From a virus (lineage: Duplodnaviria; Heunggongvirae; Uroviricota; Caudoviricetes): DNA of 33,079 bases. Location: the IMG/VR virus record IMGVR_UViG_2698536401_000003; one strand, 5' to 3'. Shown in pieces: positions 1 to 8,684 of the stretch. A program made the translations under genes and the position numbers. The notes below the pieces were generated by a model, which was not told where the DNA came from, did no database searches, and saw only the letters and a list, made by a program, of their open reading frames with translations. The first letter of the stretch is position 1; each line of letters begins with the position of its first letter.

Positions 1-2300
1 GTGCTCCGTTGACGCTTACAGCCTTTCTGCTTACTGTCCCGTTCAAGTTGCTCCAGCTGTTGCTGGTACTGCTGTCGTAGACGCAACTGCGACTGGTACC
101 GCTGCCGTTGCTGATCGCCCATTCCTGCCATGGCAACGTCCAGATCGTGTTGCTGACGCTGTGCGCACTCTTCCTCAGCCAGTTGACTGGTCAGCTGAAT
201 GGTCTTTTTCTTCAGGTCATTGAGGGCAGTCTGCTTCTGCAGCTCCTGCTGTTTTGCATCCAGCAGCGTCAGTGCCTGAATCAGCTCATCCTTGTGAGCC
301 AGTACACTTTTTTCATCTGCTGTCAGTTTTTTACCGGCTAAATCGCTGATACGCTGCTGAAGGGCCAGAAGCTGTTTATGCGCTTCTGTCATCCTTTCAG
401 TAGCCATGCCCGCTGACTGTCTGGCGGCGGCAATCTGTCCCTCCACCTGCGCCTGTTGCTGGCTGTACTGCAGTAATAGCCGGGTGGCCTCATCATTACG
501 GGTGGCAGGCGTTTTTTTCTTAATGGCTTTTTCGTAACGTTCATTTTCACGCTGTATCGCTGCGTCCCTGACCGCCTGATCGGCGTACTGCATGGCATTA
601 ATACGCGCAATTTCACGCTGATGTCGTGCTGCTTCCGTTTCGTTCATCCGGTTCAGCGCGGCATTTTCAGCATTCCGGCGTTTCTGCTGCTCCTGATAAT
701 TTCGCTCAGCCTGCTCTTTTGCATCCTGCAAATCCTGCTGGCGTTTTCGCTCTTGCAGCGCATCCAGTTGTTGCTGATCGTATTCCCCCGTGGTGGACGC
801 CTTAGTCCACGGAAATTTCTTCGCCCGCTGAATTTTTTCCTGCAGCGACGCAATCTGCGCATCAAGGGAATCTTCCCGACCAATGTTCATGGCCGCATCC
901 CAGAACTGCTTCCACCAGTCAGACAAGGTTTGCAGCGTACTGCCCAGCGCATTGAGGTTATTATCAATATCCGACGTACGTTTACCGGTTTCCTCTGCCA
1001 GTGCAGACATGGCTATCCGGGCTGCGTCACTGGTGCGCCCCTGCTCTCCGAGCACACGGATCTGTTCAAGCTGGGTGGCTGTCAGAAAATGCAGTTCATC
1101 ATCCAGCGCCTTCGCAGCACTGACCGGATCATCCTTCAGCCGTTTAAACTGACTGATGGTGTCACTGACAGACTGCCCTACCGAGCGTTCCATCTGTGCG
1201 GCAGCTTTCGCCACCATACCAATATCGTTACCGTGAAATGCACCGCTCCCCACTACCTGCGCCAGTGACCCCGCCATGGCATGTTGCGTGATGCCATTAC
1301 CGGAAAGATTTTTACTGAGCGCCCACAACTGCCCGGCAGTCACACCGGCATAGTGTCCGGTGAGCTCAAGCTGCCGGTTAAAGGCTTCGCCTTCTTCCTG
1401 TCCCTCCATCCAGGCTTTACCCAGACCAATAACCGCAGCAGTGATCCCTCCGATAACTCCCCCCACCGCCAGGCCTTTCGGAGTCATTAATTTATCAATC
1501 CAGCCGGCACGGTTAGCCAGGGTGATCCCGGAGCCACGAAGCGCACCGAAATTACCACGTGCCAGCTCACCAATCATGACCCCCAGCTCCCGACGGGCTG
1601 CCGCACTTTTCAGTCCCAGCGAATGTGTGGTGTTTCCGGCTTTCTCCATTTTACGGATGTACACCTCCGCGGCACTGCTGCACCCAAGTTGTGCCGCCTT
1701 TGCCCGAAGCAGTTCCGTCGTGGTCATTTTCTGGCGACTTGTCTGTTCTTTCAGCTGACGAATAAATGCGGTTTTCTGGCGGGTGGCCGTTTCCTCTGCC
1801 TGTGTCAGAACGCGGGTTTTCGCTGTCACCTCAGAAATCAGGGCCAGATAATCCTGCTGAGCAATCCCGCCACTGTTTCTGGCCTGTCGGATCTGCTGCT
1901 GAATACGCTGTAACTCCTGCAGCCCCGCACTGGCCTGTTGTACGCTGTCGATCTGACGATAAAATGCGGCAGCCATCTTATCCTGCGCCGCAGCCAGCGC
2001 AGCCGCCTGAACCTGCTCCTCCCGCATCTGACGACTCAGGGCCTCCATCCGCAGGCGCGCCCTTTCCACATCTTCCGCCAGCGAAACATGCCCCTGCGCA
2101 TGCTTCACCACGGCCTGAGTCTGTATCACCGTCGCGCTGGCAGCCTGTTTCTGACTTTCCTCAAACCGTTTCATACGGGCTTCGGCCCGCTCCGCCTCCC
2201 TTGCTGTACCATTCAGCAGATTTTTTACACGCGGAAGCTGCTCTTTAAAATCGGCGGTATCAATGCTTAAATCAATGACAAGGTCAGCAATCTGGTCCAA
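1..2300 (-). CDS. H: Tail tape measure protein (lambda gpH-like); C-terminal end lies beyond the window start
   Basis: Uninterrupted minus-strand frame from 2300 to position 1, absent from the ORF track because it has no stop in the window. Translation begins LDQIADLVIDLSIDTADFKEQ, resembling the lambda H N-terminus (DLVVDLSLDAARFDEQ). The only in-frame start after the upstream stop is TTG at 2300-2298, so the start is uncertain. Position is immediately downstream of G/T. Confidence 0.75.
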   Translation of the reverse strand, partial: MDQIADLVIDLSIDTADFKEQLPRVKNLLNGTAREAERAEARMKRFEESQKQAASATVIQTQAVVKHAQGHVSLAEDVERARLRMEALSRQMREEQVQAAALAAAQDKMAAAFYRQIDSVQQASAGLQELQRIQQQIRQARNSGGIAQQDYLALISEVTAKTRVLTQAEETATRQKTAFIRQLKEQTSRQKMTTTELLRAKAAQLGCSSAAEVYIRKMEKAGNTTHSLGLKSAAARRELGVMIGELARGNFGALRGSGITLANRAGWIDKLMTPKGLAVGGVIGGITAAVIGLGKAWMEGQEEGEAFNRQLELTGHYAGVTAGQLWALSKNLSGNGITQHAMAGSLAQVVGSGAFHGNDIGMVAKAAAQMERSVGQSVSDTISQFKRLKDDPVSAAKALDDELHFLTATQLEQIRVLGEQGRTSDAARIAMSALAEETGKRTSDIDNNLNALGSTLQTLSDWWKQFWDAAMNIGREDSLDAQIASLQEKIQRAKKFPWTKASTTGEYDQQQLDALQERKRQQDLQDAKEQAERNYQEQQKRRNAENAALNRMNETEAARHQREIARINAMQYADQAVRDAAIQRENERYEKAIKKKTPATRNDEATRLLLQYSQQQAQVEGQIAAARQSAGMATERMTEAHKQLLALQQRISDLAGKKLTADEKSVLAHKDELIQALTLLDAKQQELQKQTALNDLKKKTIQLTSQLAEEECAQRQQHDLDVAMAGMGDQQRQRYQSQLRLRQQYQQQLEQLERDSKQKGCKRQRS

Positions 2301-2619
2301 ATCTCATTCCTCCCGATATACCTTCCCCCAGATGCATCAGCTCTTCATCCGTGCGTTCAGGGATCACCCTGTCATCCGTAACCAGACTGAAATCATCCGC
2401 CGGAATACGTTCACCGGACACCATCTGAACCATCAGCGACTTCAGTGTGGAAATCTGTGCATCCAGCCAGATATCCCCGAAACTCTGCTTCCGGAAGAAA
2501 TCCCCCCATTCGCCCAGTTCTGACGCTGACATTTCTGATAACATCCGCCGCCAGTCTGCCCGCCGGAACTCACGGGCAAGCTGCATCACAAACTGCATCT
2601 CCCGCGTCAGGACTTTTCC
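2284..2619 (-). CDS. T: Tail assembly chaperone T segment, probably expressed only as a G-T fusion by -1 programmed frameshift
   Basis: ORF 2284..2598 is in the -1 frame relative to G and stays open upstream to 2637, overlapping the last codons of G; same arrangement as lambda G/T. Confidence 0.6.
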   Translation of the reverse strand, partial: GKVLTREMQFVMQLAREFRRADWRRMLSEMSASELGEWGDFFRKQSFGDIWLDAQISTLKSLMVQMVSGERIPADDFSLVTDDRVIPERTDEELMHLGEGISGGMRFGPDC

Positions 2620-2996
2620 GGTGTCAGAGGAACCTGTTCACCGTTCTGAACATCACCGGTGGAGACCGGCATACCACTCAGGGATAAAACCAGACTGCCC
2701 CCGTCGCCAAGCGCGTCATAAGACCAGGTGTTTTTTACATCCTCATTCAGCGCATCCACATCCTGTGACGGGTCCGTATTCCACATTGACCGGGAAACCA
2801 GCCAGGCGTTGATATCCATCCCCATACGCAGAAATTCAATCTGACGTTCAGCCACCGGCATGGCATCATCCAAGGCGTCAAACTCAGCCGTCCGTTTCTG
2901 GACAAACGACAGATATTCCACCCGCTGCAGCCCGGACAGTTCTGTCATAACCACAGACTGATCACCGTAATTAAATGTGTCCTGTTTCAGAAACAT
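2607..2996 (-). CDS. G: Tail assembly chaperone G
   Basis: ORF 2607..3017 trimmed to the internal ATG at 2996 (MFLKQDTF..., lambda G starts MFLKTESF) preceded by a GGAGAAGG Shine-Dalgarno; lies between V and T as in lambda. Confidence 0.8.
   Translation of the reverse strand: MFLKQDTFNYGDQSVVMTELSGLQRVEYLSFVQKRTAEFDALDDAMPVAERQIEFLRMGMDINAWLVSRSMWNTDPSQDVDALNEDVKNTWSYDALGDGGSLVLSLSGMPVSTGDVQNGEQVPLTPEKS
2613..2619 (-). promoter_or_regulatory. Candidate -1 frameshift slippery site (GGAAAAG) for the G-T fusion
   Basis: Minus-strand sequence ACACCGGAAAAGTCCTGA at the end of G; it is the only X-XXY-YYZ-like heptamer in the 28-nt G/T overlap. It deviates from the canonical lambda GGGAAAG. Confidence 0.4.
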
Positions 2997-3056
2997 AACC
3001 TTCTCCGCAAACAACAAAAAAACCCCGGCATACCGGGGTACAAACAGACCGTCTGA

Positions 3057-3797
3057 TTAACCACCATTAACGGTAATACTGGCCACTGCGACCTGTGCGC
3101 CACCCGCTGTCATCCCGACAATCGAGGTGCTTCCCGCTTTCACACCTTTCACCGTGGCCACCATGCCACTCAGTGTAACCGTGGCGATCTCAGGAGAGGA
3201 TGACGCCACACTCACCGTTTTATCAGATGCATCTTCCGGTACTGTGCTGAATGTCAGCGTCGTCGTTGCCCCCACCCTGACACTGGCAGATGCCGGTGCC
3301 ACCGTCAGACCGGTCACGCTAACAAGCCCGGTGCCTTCCTCTGCCAGATACGGACGTCCCACACCGCTGATTTTCACAGTGCGGGTCATCACCTCTTTAG
3401 AGGTAACAGTTTTCCCCAGCGAGCTCAGCCAGCCACGGAAAACATCAACAGTGCCGTTGGGATATTTGATACGAAACGCACAGACTTCACCAGAGTCGAA
3501 CAACTGAACCAGTTTTTTCTGCCCGCTGTCACCCGGACGCCAGGCCAGCGTCGCCGAAGTATCACCGACGGATTTTTGCCCCTGGGTTGTCGTTTTCCAG
3601 TCAGCATTTTCATCATCGAGATAATCGTCATCTTCCGCATCTGCAGTCATTTCGCCCGGCTGTAAATCCTTCACCATCGCAAGACGCAGCCAGTCAGTAT
3701 CTGACAACGGAGCCGCAAAGGCGTCCCCTTTGCCGGTATACATCCAGAACGTCGTCCCCGCGCCCTTCGTTTTTTCCAGTGGATTCGGTGTTGGCAT
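3057..3797 (-). CDS. V: Major tail protein V with C-terminal Ig-like domain
   Basis: ORF 3057..3815; start placed at the ATG at 3797 (MPTPNPLEKTKGAGTT, lambda V MPVPNPTMPVKGAGTT) with an AGGAG SD, giving 246 aa as in lambda V. Recalled similarity runs along the whole protein. Confidence 0.9.
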   Translation of the reverse strand: MPTPNPLEKTKGAGTTFWMYTGKGDAFAAPLSDTDWLRLAMVKDLQPGEMTADAEDDDYLDDENADWKTTTQGQKSVGDTSATLAWRPGDSGQKKLVQLFDSGEVCAFRIKYPNGTVDVFRGWLSSLGKTVTSKEVMTRTVKISGVGRPYLAEEGTGLVSVTGLTVAPASASVRVGATTTLTFSTVPEDASDKTVSVASSSPEIATVTLSGMVATVKGVKAGSTSIVGMTAGGAQVAVASITVNGG

Positions 3798-3811
3798 TAC
3801 CATCTCCTTGT

Positions 3812-4213
3812 TCAATTTGTATATGTGATCTGATACGTGATTTCCGCCATCGCCCAGGTGGCCATCTCGTTATCACGCTGATAGTTAAATCCCTGCGGGA
3901 TCATGGTATCGATAAGATCTGAAAGTGCCGGAATATCTGTCAGAGCCGGGTAAATAATGTCATCCATCCACGTATCCAGTTCTGTATCCGGTGCCTGCGC
4001 CCGGATAAAGACCGCGACATGCAGAACCGCCTGCCAGTCAGCCTCATCCACCATTTTTCCGGTGTACTGCGCATCGCTCAGCCATACCGCCACGGCGGGC
4101 AGTTCCTGCGCATCAATAAAAGCAGGAAGTCCATCGAACAGGACGGTATTCTCCCTGCACGTCGCTTTCAGGCACGACAATACGGCCTGACGAATTTGTG
4201 TGTGTCGGTTCAT
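3812..4213 (-). CDS. U: Tail terminator protein U
   Basis: 133 aa; FDGLPAFIDAQELPAVAVWL and DIPALSDLI motifs match lambda gpU; position between Z and V. Confidence 0.85.
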   Translation of the reverse strand: MNRHTQIRQAVLSCLKATCRENTVLFDGLPAFIDAQELPAVAVWLSDAQYTGKMVDEADWQAVLHVAVFIRAQAPDTELDTWMDDIIYPALTDIPALSDLIDTMIPQGFNYQRDNEMATWAMAEITYQITYTN

Positions 4214-4788
4214 CGGGTCAGATATAACCTCAGTTGTTGTTTCAGGGCATACCCCAGCTGTTTCGGCATCTCGTTATCAATGACGCTTTTACGGGCATCC
4301 TCAAATGCCAGTGTCAGCGGACCGGACAGCGGAATTTTCACCACATCAATGGGGTAACGATTTTTGCCGTCAATACGCCGCATCACATGCCAGCGACCGT
4401 TCGCCAGTTGCTGAATAAAGGCATTCCGGAAGAGATATTTTCCCACTTTCAGCACACTGCCACGGTAATGTAACCTGCCACCACGCCGGGTCATTCTGAC
4501 CTGTGCAGCCCCCAGTTTTATGGCGGGCAGGTTGCCGCGATTTACGCGAATACGGGCATACATTTTTCCGTCCGGGCTGGCTTTAAGTACCCTGACACGC
4601 TCACGCACCAGTTTCAGGGGGATCCCCTTCACCTGGTTATCACCAGCCACAGTATTCTGCGCGACCAGCCGTGTGGCGACAGAGACAACCTTTGCCGCCA
4701 CACGGTTCATCGCCCATGCGCTGGCCTGTGGCACCATACGGGTATCAAGGATGTCCAGATTACGGATGGCGTTTTCAAGACCTTTCAT
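4210..4788 (-). CDS. Z: Tail completion protein Z
   Basis: ORF 4210..4902 trimmed to the internal ATG at 4788 (MKGLENAIRNLDILDTRMVPQASAWA, matching the lambda Z N-terminus); 192 aa. Confidence 0.8.
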   Translation of the reverse strand: MKGLENAIRNLDILDTRMVPQASAWAMNRVAAKVVSVATRLVAQNTVAGDNQVKGIPLKLVRERVRVLKASPDGKMYARIRVNRGNLPAIKLGAAQVRMTRRGGRLHYRGSVLKVGKYLFRNAFIQQLANGRWHVMRRIDGKNRYPIDVVKIPLSGPLTLAFEDARKSVIDNEMPKQLGYALKQQLRLYLTR

Positions 4789-5149
4789 AATATCGCCCCG
4801 TACTGATATCACCCCGGGAACTGTCACACCGTTGCAGGCGGATATAACAGCATCCCCTGTCGTCCGGAGTAATGCGATCCACCCGAAAAAGATCCCCACC
4901 AACCTCCAGCGTATCCAGACGGCGCAGTCCCGTAATATCTGCTGTTTTCACAAACAAAGACGGTGAAGAATCTTCAAACCGTACTCCTCCGGCAACGAAC
5001 GAAATTTTTTCAGGATCATCAAAAACACCCCTGAGTGTTTTTCCTTCAAGCTGACCGGACGTAATTACCGCCGTAATCCCCATATGACAAAGAATGACCT
5101 CGTCAGCCATGGCGACGGCGGCATCAAACGGATTATCGAAATCTGCCAC
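4775..5149 (-). CDS. FII: Head-tail joining protein FII
   Basis: Starts MADFDNPFDAAVAMADE (lambda FII MADFDNLFDAAIARADE); contains GVFDDPE and SSPSLFV motifs. Confidence 0.85.
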   Translation of the reverse strand: MADFDNPFDAAVAMADEVILCHMGITAVITSGQLEGKTLRGVFDDPEKISFVAGGVRFEDSSPSLFVKTADITGLRRLDTLEVGGDLFRVDRITPDDRGCCYIRLQRCDSSRGDISTGRYYERS

Positions 5150-5162
5150 CTTTCCCCCACAT

Positions 5163-5543
5163 TCAACACATTTTCACGAGGCCACTTTCTGCCATGCTGG
5201 CTGCCACCACAGCAGATACACGAAACACTTCTCCCGGACGTACAAATGCCACGGGGTTATCCCGTGTGGCGTGGAGTGCATTGACATGTAACATCACCAC
5301 AGCTTTGACCATGACCATATCCACAGAATTTCGGTTCTCACTCTCCCCACGTTCGGATCGTGTTTCGTTTTTTTGTTGTGGTTCTTCATCATCCTTATAC
5401 AGGCCGTCTGAACCATCACTTAATTCTTCTTCCCACTCCGCCAGACGTTGTTCAAGATCAGCTTTAGAGCCTGAAATATCGGCATCGCGCCCGAGTACTG
5501 CCGCCAGCTCCTGAAGACGCGCTGTTATTTCTTCTTTTGTCAT
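5163..5543 (-). CDS. FI: Head assembly/DNA packaging protein FI
   Basis: ORF 5163..5675 trimmed to the internal ATG at 5543 (MTKEEITARLQEL, lambda FI MTKDELIARLRSL) preceded by AGGAG; C-terminal HATRDNPVAFVRPGEVFRVSA matches lambda FI. Confidence 0.8.
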   Translation of the reverse strand: MTKEEITARLQELAAVLGRDADISGSKADLEQRLAEWEEELSDGSDGLYKDDEEPQQKNETRSERGESENRNSVDMVMVKAVVMLHVNALHATRDNPVAFVRPGEVFRVSAVVAASMAESGLVKMC

Positions 5544-5593
5544 CACATCTCTCCTGTGCGATAAAGAAAAAGGCGGGAATATCCCGCCTGACC

Positions 5594-6622
5594 TTATTTC
5601 ACCTGAACCACCACAAATGCGTCCGGATCCGGCAACACCATCAACGGCGCAGACTGCGTCATGGTATATTCGCACCCCGGGTCCCCCACCTCTAACCAGT
5701 GTTTCGGATAACGAATTGCAGAGGTGATCCCTTCACTCAGCGCCTGGTTATCCTGGATTGCGCCATAACAACGGACACCCTCCACCTGAGTGTTTCCAAG
5801 AATCAGTGTGCCTTCCGGCAGATAACGCTGCTCATCCCCGTTTTCATCAACATACGTTGTTTTCGCCACCATGATGGCCAGATCACCGTAATAACCTTTA
5901 AAAGAAACCACGGACCCCAGATCTTTCAGCGCGGTTTCCAGTTCAGATTTTGAGCCACGGCGGGTATCCAGTTTTTCACGAAACAGTTTAAAACCGTTCA
6001 GCATACGCCAGACAGTACCGTCCATAATCGCAATATTGATGGTACCGGAAGCAAAATCGCAGTACGCATCCAGATCATGCGTCGGATCAAAGGTGTCAGT
6101 ATTCTGTTTTGACCATTCGCGTCCCCCTGCCTGCGTAATGTTATTGGCGGCAGAACGTCCAAAATCCACTTCCACCGTCTCAAACTGTTCACCGCTCATG
6201 GTGTACTTACCCTGCAGAACAGCGCTGACCGCCTGCATTTCTTCCACCTGCACAATCGCCTGTTCTTCCTGTTTCAGGTTGTCAGTCAGAATACGCAGGC
6301 GACGGTAGGCCGGGTCATTAAGACGGGCCGGATCTTCCCCCGGAAGACGCTCCACCGCCTGCTGATAATCCAGCCGGTGTTTTGGTTTAACATAGCCGGG
6401 GCGTAACACGCGGGTTTCACCACCACGACTGCGCAGTACCTTACCTGACACAACCGGAGACACATATGCCGCAACCGGTGTTTTTCCGGTGATTTTATCC
6501 AGCATCACTTCCTGAGTATGGAAAGTGACCGTACGACGAAAAAACAGCTCCAGAAACAGCGCACGGAATTTCACTTTCTGCTCGGTGTAGCCGAGCAACT
6601 GACGCGTGGTAAATAACCCCAT
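5594..6622 (-). CDS. E: Major capsid protein E
   Basis: ORF 5594..6661 trimmed to the ATG at 6622 (MGLFTTRQLLGYTEQKVKF), giving 342 aa; recalled similarity to lambda gpE along the full length (YVSPVVSGKVLRSRGG, PGYVKPKH, SAPLMVLPDPD). Confidence 0.9.
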   Translation of the reverse strand: MGLFTTRQLLGYTEQKVKFRALFLELFFRRTVTFHTQEVMLDKITGKTPVAAYVSPVVSGKVLRSRGGETRVLRPGYVKPKHRLDYQQAVERLPGEDPARLNDPAYRRLRILTDNLKQEEQAIVQVEEMQAVSAVLQGKYTMSGEQFETVEVDFGRSAANNITQAGGREWSKQNTDTFDPTHDLDAYCDFASGTINIAIMDGTVWRMLNGFKLFREKLDTRRGSKSELETALKDLGSVVSFKGYYGDLAIMVAKTTYVDENGDEQRYLPEGTLILGNTQVEGVRCYGAIQDNQALSEGITSAIRYPKHWLEVGDPGCEYTMTQSAPLMVLPDPDAFVVVQVK

Positions 6623-6691
6623 AATTGACTTTCCTTTAAAAACACAAACGGGCCGCATCACGACCCGTTTTTTCAGTTAATCACTTCACCA

Positions 6692-7027
6692 TCAGGCGTG
6701 GCTGATGGCACTTCCCACAAACGCGTTGGCTTTTTTCACCGCATCCACCGAATCCGGCCAGACCAGCGATTCGGTGGCAAACGTACCGCTTTTGTAGTAC
6801 GTCAGTGTGGGCTCGGTCCCGGCCAGCGCCAGTACCAGCACCCCCACAGCCGTTCCGGCTTTCTGACCATCCCATGCCACCAGTTTTCCGCTGGCGTCAT
6901 CCAGCATCAGTGGCGTCAGTGAAGGCGTGGCAACACTGATACCACTGGTACCTGTTGCGGTATATACCGGATCGCTTCCGGCAAAAATGCGCCCGTCCGC
7001 GCGCTTTTCTGTGGTGGTTTTAATCAT
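6692..7027 (-). CDS. D: Head decoration protein D
   Basis: ORF 6692..7057 begins with GTG; the internal ATG at 7027 has an AGGAGA SD and gives 111 aa. TPLMLDDASGKLVAWDG and YYKSGTF motifs match lambda gpD. Confidence 0.8.
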   Translation of the reverse strand: MIKTTTEKRADGRIFAGSDPVYTATGTSGISVATPSLTPLMLDDASGKLVAWDGQKAGTAVGVLVLALAGTEPTLTYYKSGTFATESLVWPDSVDAVKKANAFVGSAISHA

Positions 7028-7067
7028 TTTCTCAGTCTCCTGATTTATCTGAATCACGGATCCCCGC

Positions 7068-7778
7068 TTACGGCATACTCATCAGCAGTTCTTCTTCCCC
7101 GTTCCCGGCAGTTCCGCCACCGGAAACGGCACTGGCGGCATGCTGTGCCATGAAGCGCTCAAAAAGTGTTACCTGTGACGGTTGCGATACTGATGGCGCA
7201 GCTGCCAGCAGCGTTTTCGCCTGCTCCACTGTCATTCCAGGTTGTTCAGCCAGCGCCTGTGCCAGTTTTTCGCGTCCTTTTGCTTCCGGCAACGCAATAA
7301 TTTGATCGCCGGTACTTGCCGTACCGGTTGCCGGTGCCGCTGCCAGTAGCATTTTCGCCTGTTCCACCGTCATTCCCGGCTGTTCAGCCAGCGCCTGTGC
7401 GAGTTGTTCACGCCCTTTTGCTTCCGGAAGTGCCATAATCTGCTCGCCGGTACTTGCCGCACCGGCAATCGGTGCCGCTGCCAGTAACGTTTTCGCCTGC
7501 TCCACCGTCATTCCCGGCTGTTCAGCCAGCGTCCGTGCCAGTTGTTCACGTCCTTTTGCTTCCGGAAGTGCCACAATCTGATCGCCTGTGCTGTCAGTAC
7601 CGGCAACCGGTGCTGCCGCCAGTAATGTTTTTGCCTGCTCAACTGACATTCCCTGCTGACCTGCCAGCATCTGCGCCAGTTTTTCGCGTCCTTTCGCCTC
7701 CTGACAATTCAGGATCCCCATCACGCGCTGATTTTCCTGGGACACCGCTTCAGCAACGGTGAGATTTTTTGTTGTCAT
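7068..7778 (-). CDS. Nu3: Nu3-like scaffold protein from an internal in-frame start within C
   Basis: Strong internal SD (ACAGGAGAATACG) followed by ATG at 7778 in the C frame (MTTKNLTVAEAVSQENQRVMGILNC...), analogous to the nested lambda Nu3 start. Confidence 0.55.
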   Translation of the reverse strand: MTTKNLTVAEAVSQENQRVMGILNCQEAKGREKLAQMLAGQQGMSVEQAKTLLAAAPVAGTDSTGDQIVALPEAKGREQLARTLAEQPGMTVEQAKTLLAAAPIAGAASTGEQIMALPEAKGREQLAQALAEQPGMTVEQAKMLLAAAPATGTASTGDQIIALPEAKGREKLAQALAEQPGMTVEQAKTLLAAAPSVSQPSQVTLFERFMAQHAASAVSGGGTAGNGEEELLMSMP

Positions 7779-8684
7779 CGTATTCTCCTGTGTAACAGAG
7801 TCGTTCAGAGCAGAAACCATTACATCAACGGCATCTGCAGCATTAATCAGTTGATCAGCCAGGCCTGTATCAATGCCTGCCTGACCGTCATAAACGGCAG
7901 CCTCAGTATTCATCACCACCGCTGAACTCAGCCCCGTATAAAGTGCCACCTTGTCGACAAACATCCGGCGGGCCTCATCAATACGGCGCTGAAAATCCGC
8001 ACGCACACCTGTCGGCAACGCCTGAATACTGTTGCCGTCAACCTTGTGCTGCCCGGAGTAAATCAGCGTGATATCCACGCCTTCCTGTGCCAGTTGTTTC
8101 TCGTAACTGGTGTGCGCCATCATCACACCAATCGAACCAATTTTTGCCGTCTGCGTGACCAGCCGACGCGTACAGGCCGCCGCCAGCAACATGGCGGCTG
8201 AACAGGCCATGTCATTACACAGCGCCCACACGGGCTTCTGTTCCCGCAGACGGTAAATCATGTCAGCACAGTCAAACGCCCCGGCAGCCTGACCGCCCGG
8301 GCTGTCGATATCCAGTAAAATGCCGCGTACATCCGGGTCGTTCACCGCTGACTTAAGACGGGCAGTCAGACCGTCATAACCGGTCATACCGGAATATGGC
8401 CGCAGGGTACCCATTTTATGTACCAGCGTGCCGCTCACCGGCAGAATGGCAATACCATTTTTCACCTGGTAACTCTTTACCGGACGCGGACCACCAGTCA
8501 TATAATCGGTAACCGCCAGCTGCATACCATCGGCATCAAGCTGAACGGCCTGCTGCGGAACGGCAAGGCTGCCCGCCCCCATCTCCTTACCCAGTGCGCA
8601 AAAGAAAACCCGCGCATAGGCGGGTTCCAGTAAAAGCGGCTCATTAAATGCCATCGCGGCAATATGTGATAAATTACAGCGCAT
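7068..8684 (-). CDS. C: Prohead protease C (S49/ClpP-like) with in-frame C-terminal scaffold region
   Basis: N-terminus HIAAMAFNEPLLLEPAYARVFFCAL matches lambda gpC; S49 protease motifs (GILLDIDSPGG, PVWALCNDMACSAA). 538 aa versus 439 in lambda because of tandem repeats in the C-terminal third. Confidence 0.9.
   Translation of the reverse strand: MRCNLSHIAAMAFNEPLLLEPAYARVFFCALGKEMGAGSLAVPQQAVQLDADGMQLAVTDYMTGGPRPVKSYQVKNGIAILPVSGTLVHKMGTLRPYSGMTGYDGLTARLKSAVNDPDVRGILLDIDSPGGQAAGAFDCADMIYRLREQKPVWALCNDMACSAAMLLAAACTRRLVTQTAKIGSIGVMMAHTSYEKQLAQEGVDITLIYSGQHKVDGNSIQALPTGVRADFQRRIDEARRMFVDKVALYTGLSSAVVMNTEAAVYDGQAGIDTGLADQLINAADAVDVMVSALNDSVTQENTMTTKNLTVAEAVSQENQRVMGILNCQEAKGREKLAQMLAGQQGMSVEQAKTLLAAAPVAGTDSTGDQIVALPEAKGREQLARTLAEQPGMTVEQAKTLLAAAPIAGAASTGEQIMALPEAKGREQLAQALAEQPGMTVEQAKMLLAAAPATGTASTGDQIIALPEAKGREKLAQALAEQPGMTVEQAKTLLAAAPSVSQPSQVTLFERFMAQHAASAVSGGGTAGNGEEELLMSMP
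7194..7700. repeat. Tandem in-frame repeats of about 138 bp (3 full plus 1 partial copy) inside the scaffold-coding part of C/Nu3
   Basis: 46-aa unit EAKGRE(K/Q)LA..QPGMTVEQAKTLLAAAP.AG..STG.QI.ALP recurs four times in the translated protein; the DNA shows the same roughly 138-bp periodicity. Confidence 0.8.

Noticed and set aside
108-2270. Several plus-strand ORFs (108..341, 621..1268, 883..1152, 1360..1758, 1623..1913, 1766..2248, 1938..2270)
   Set aside because: All lie antisense to the long uninterrupted minus-strand tape-measure (H-like) frame, which has recalled similarity and lambda synteny; they are low-complexity, Arg/Pro/Ser-rich translations of the opposite strand.
7194-7700. Possibility that the periodic repeats are a CRISPR array
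   Set aside because: The repeats are contiguous 138-bp coding units in one frame without unique spacers and lie inside the protease/scaffold gene; likewise the iterons at 26190-26310 are 23-bp origin repeats inside a coding gene.
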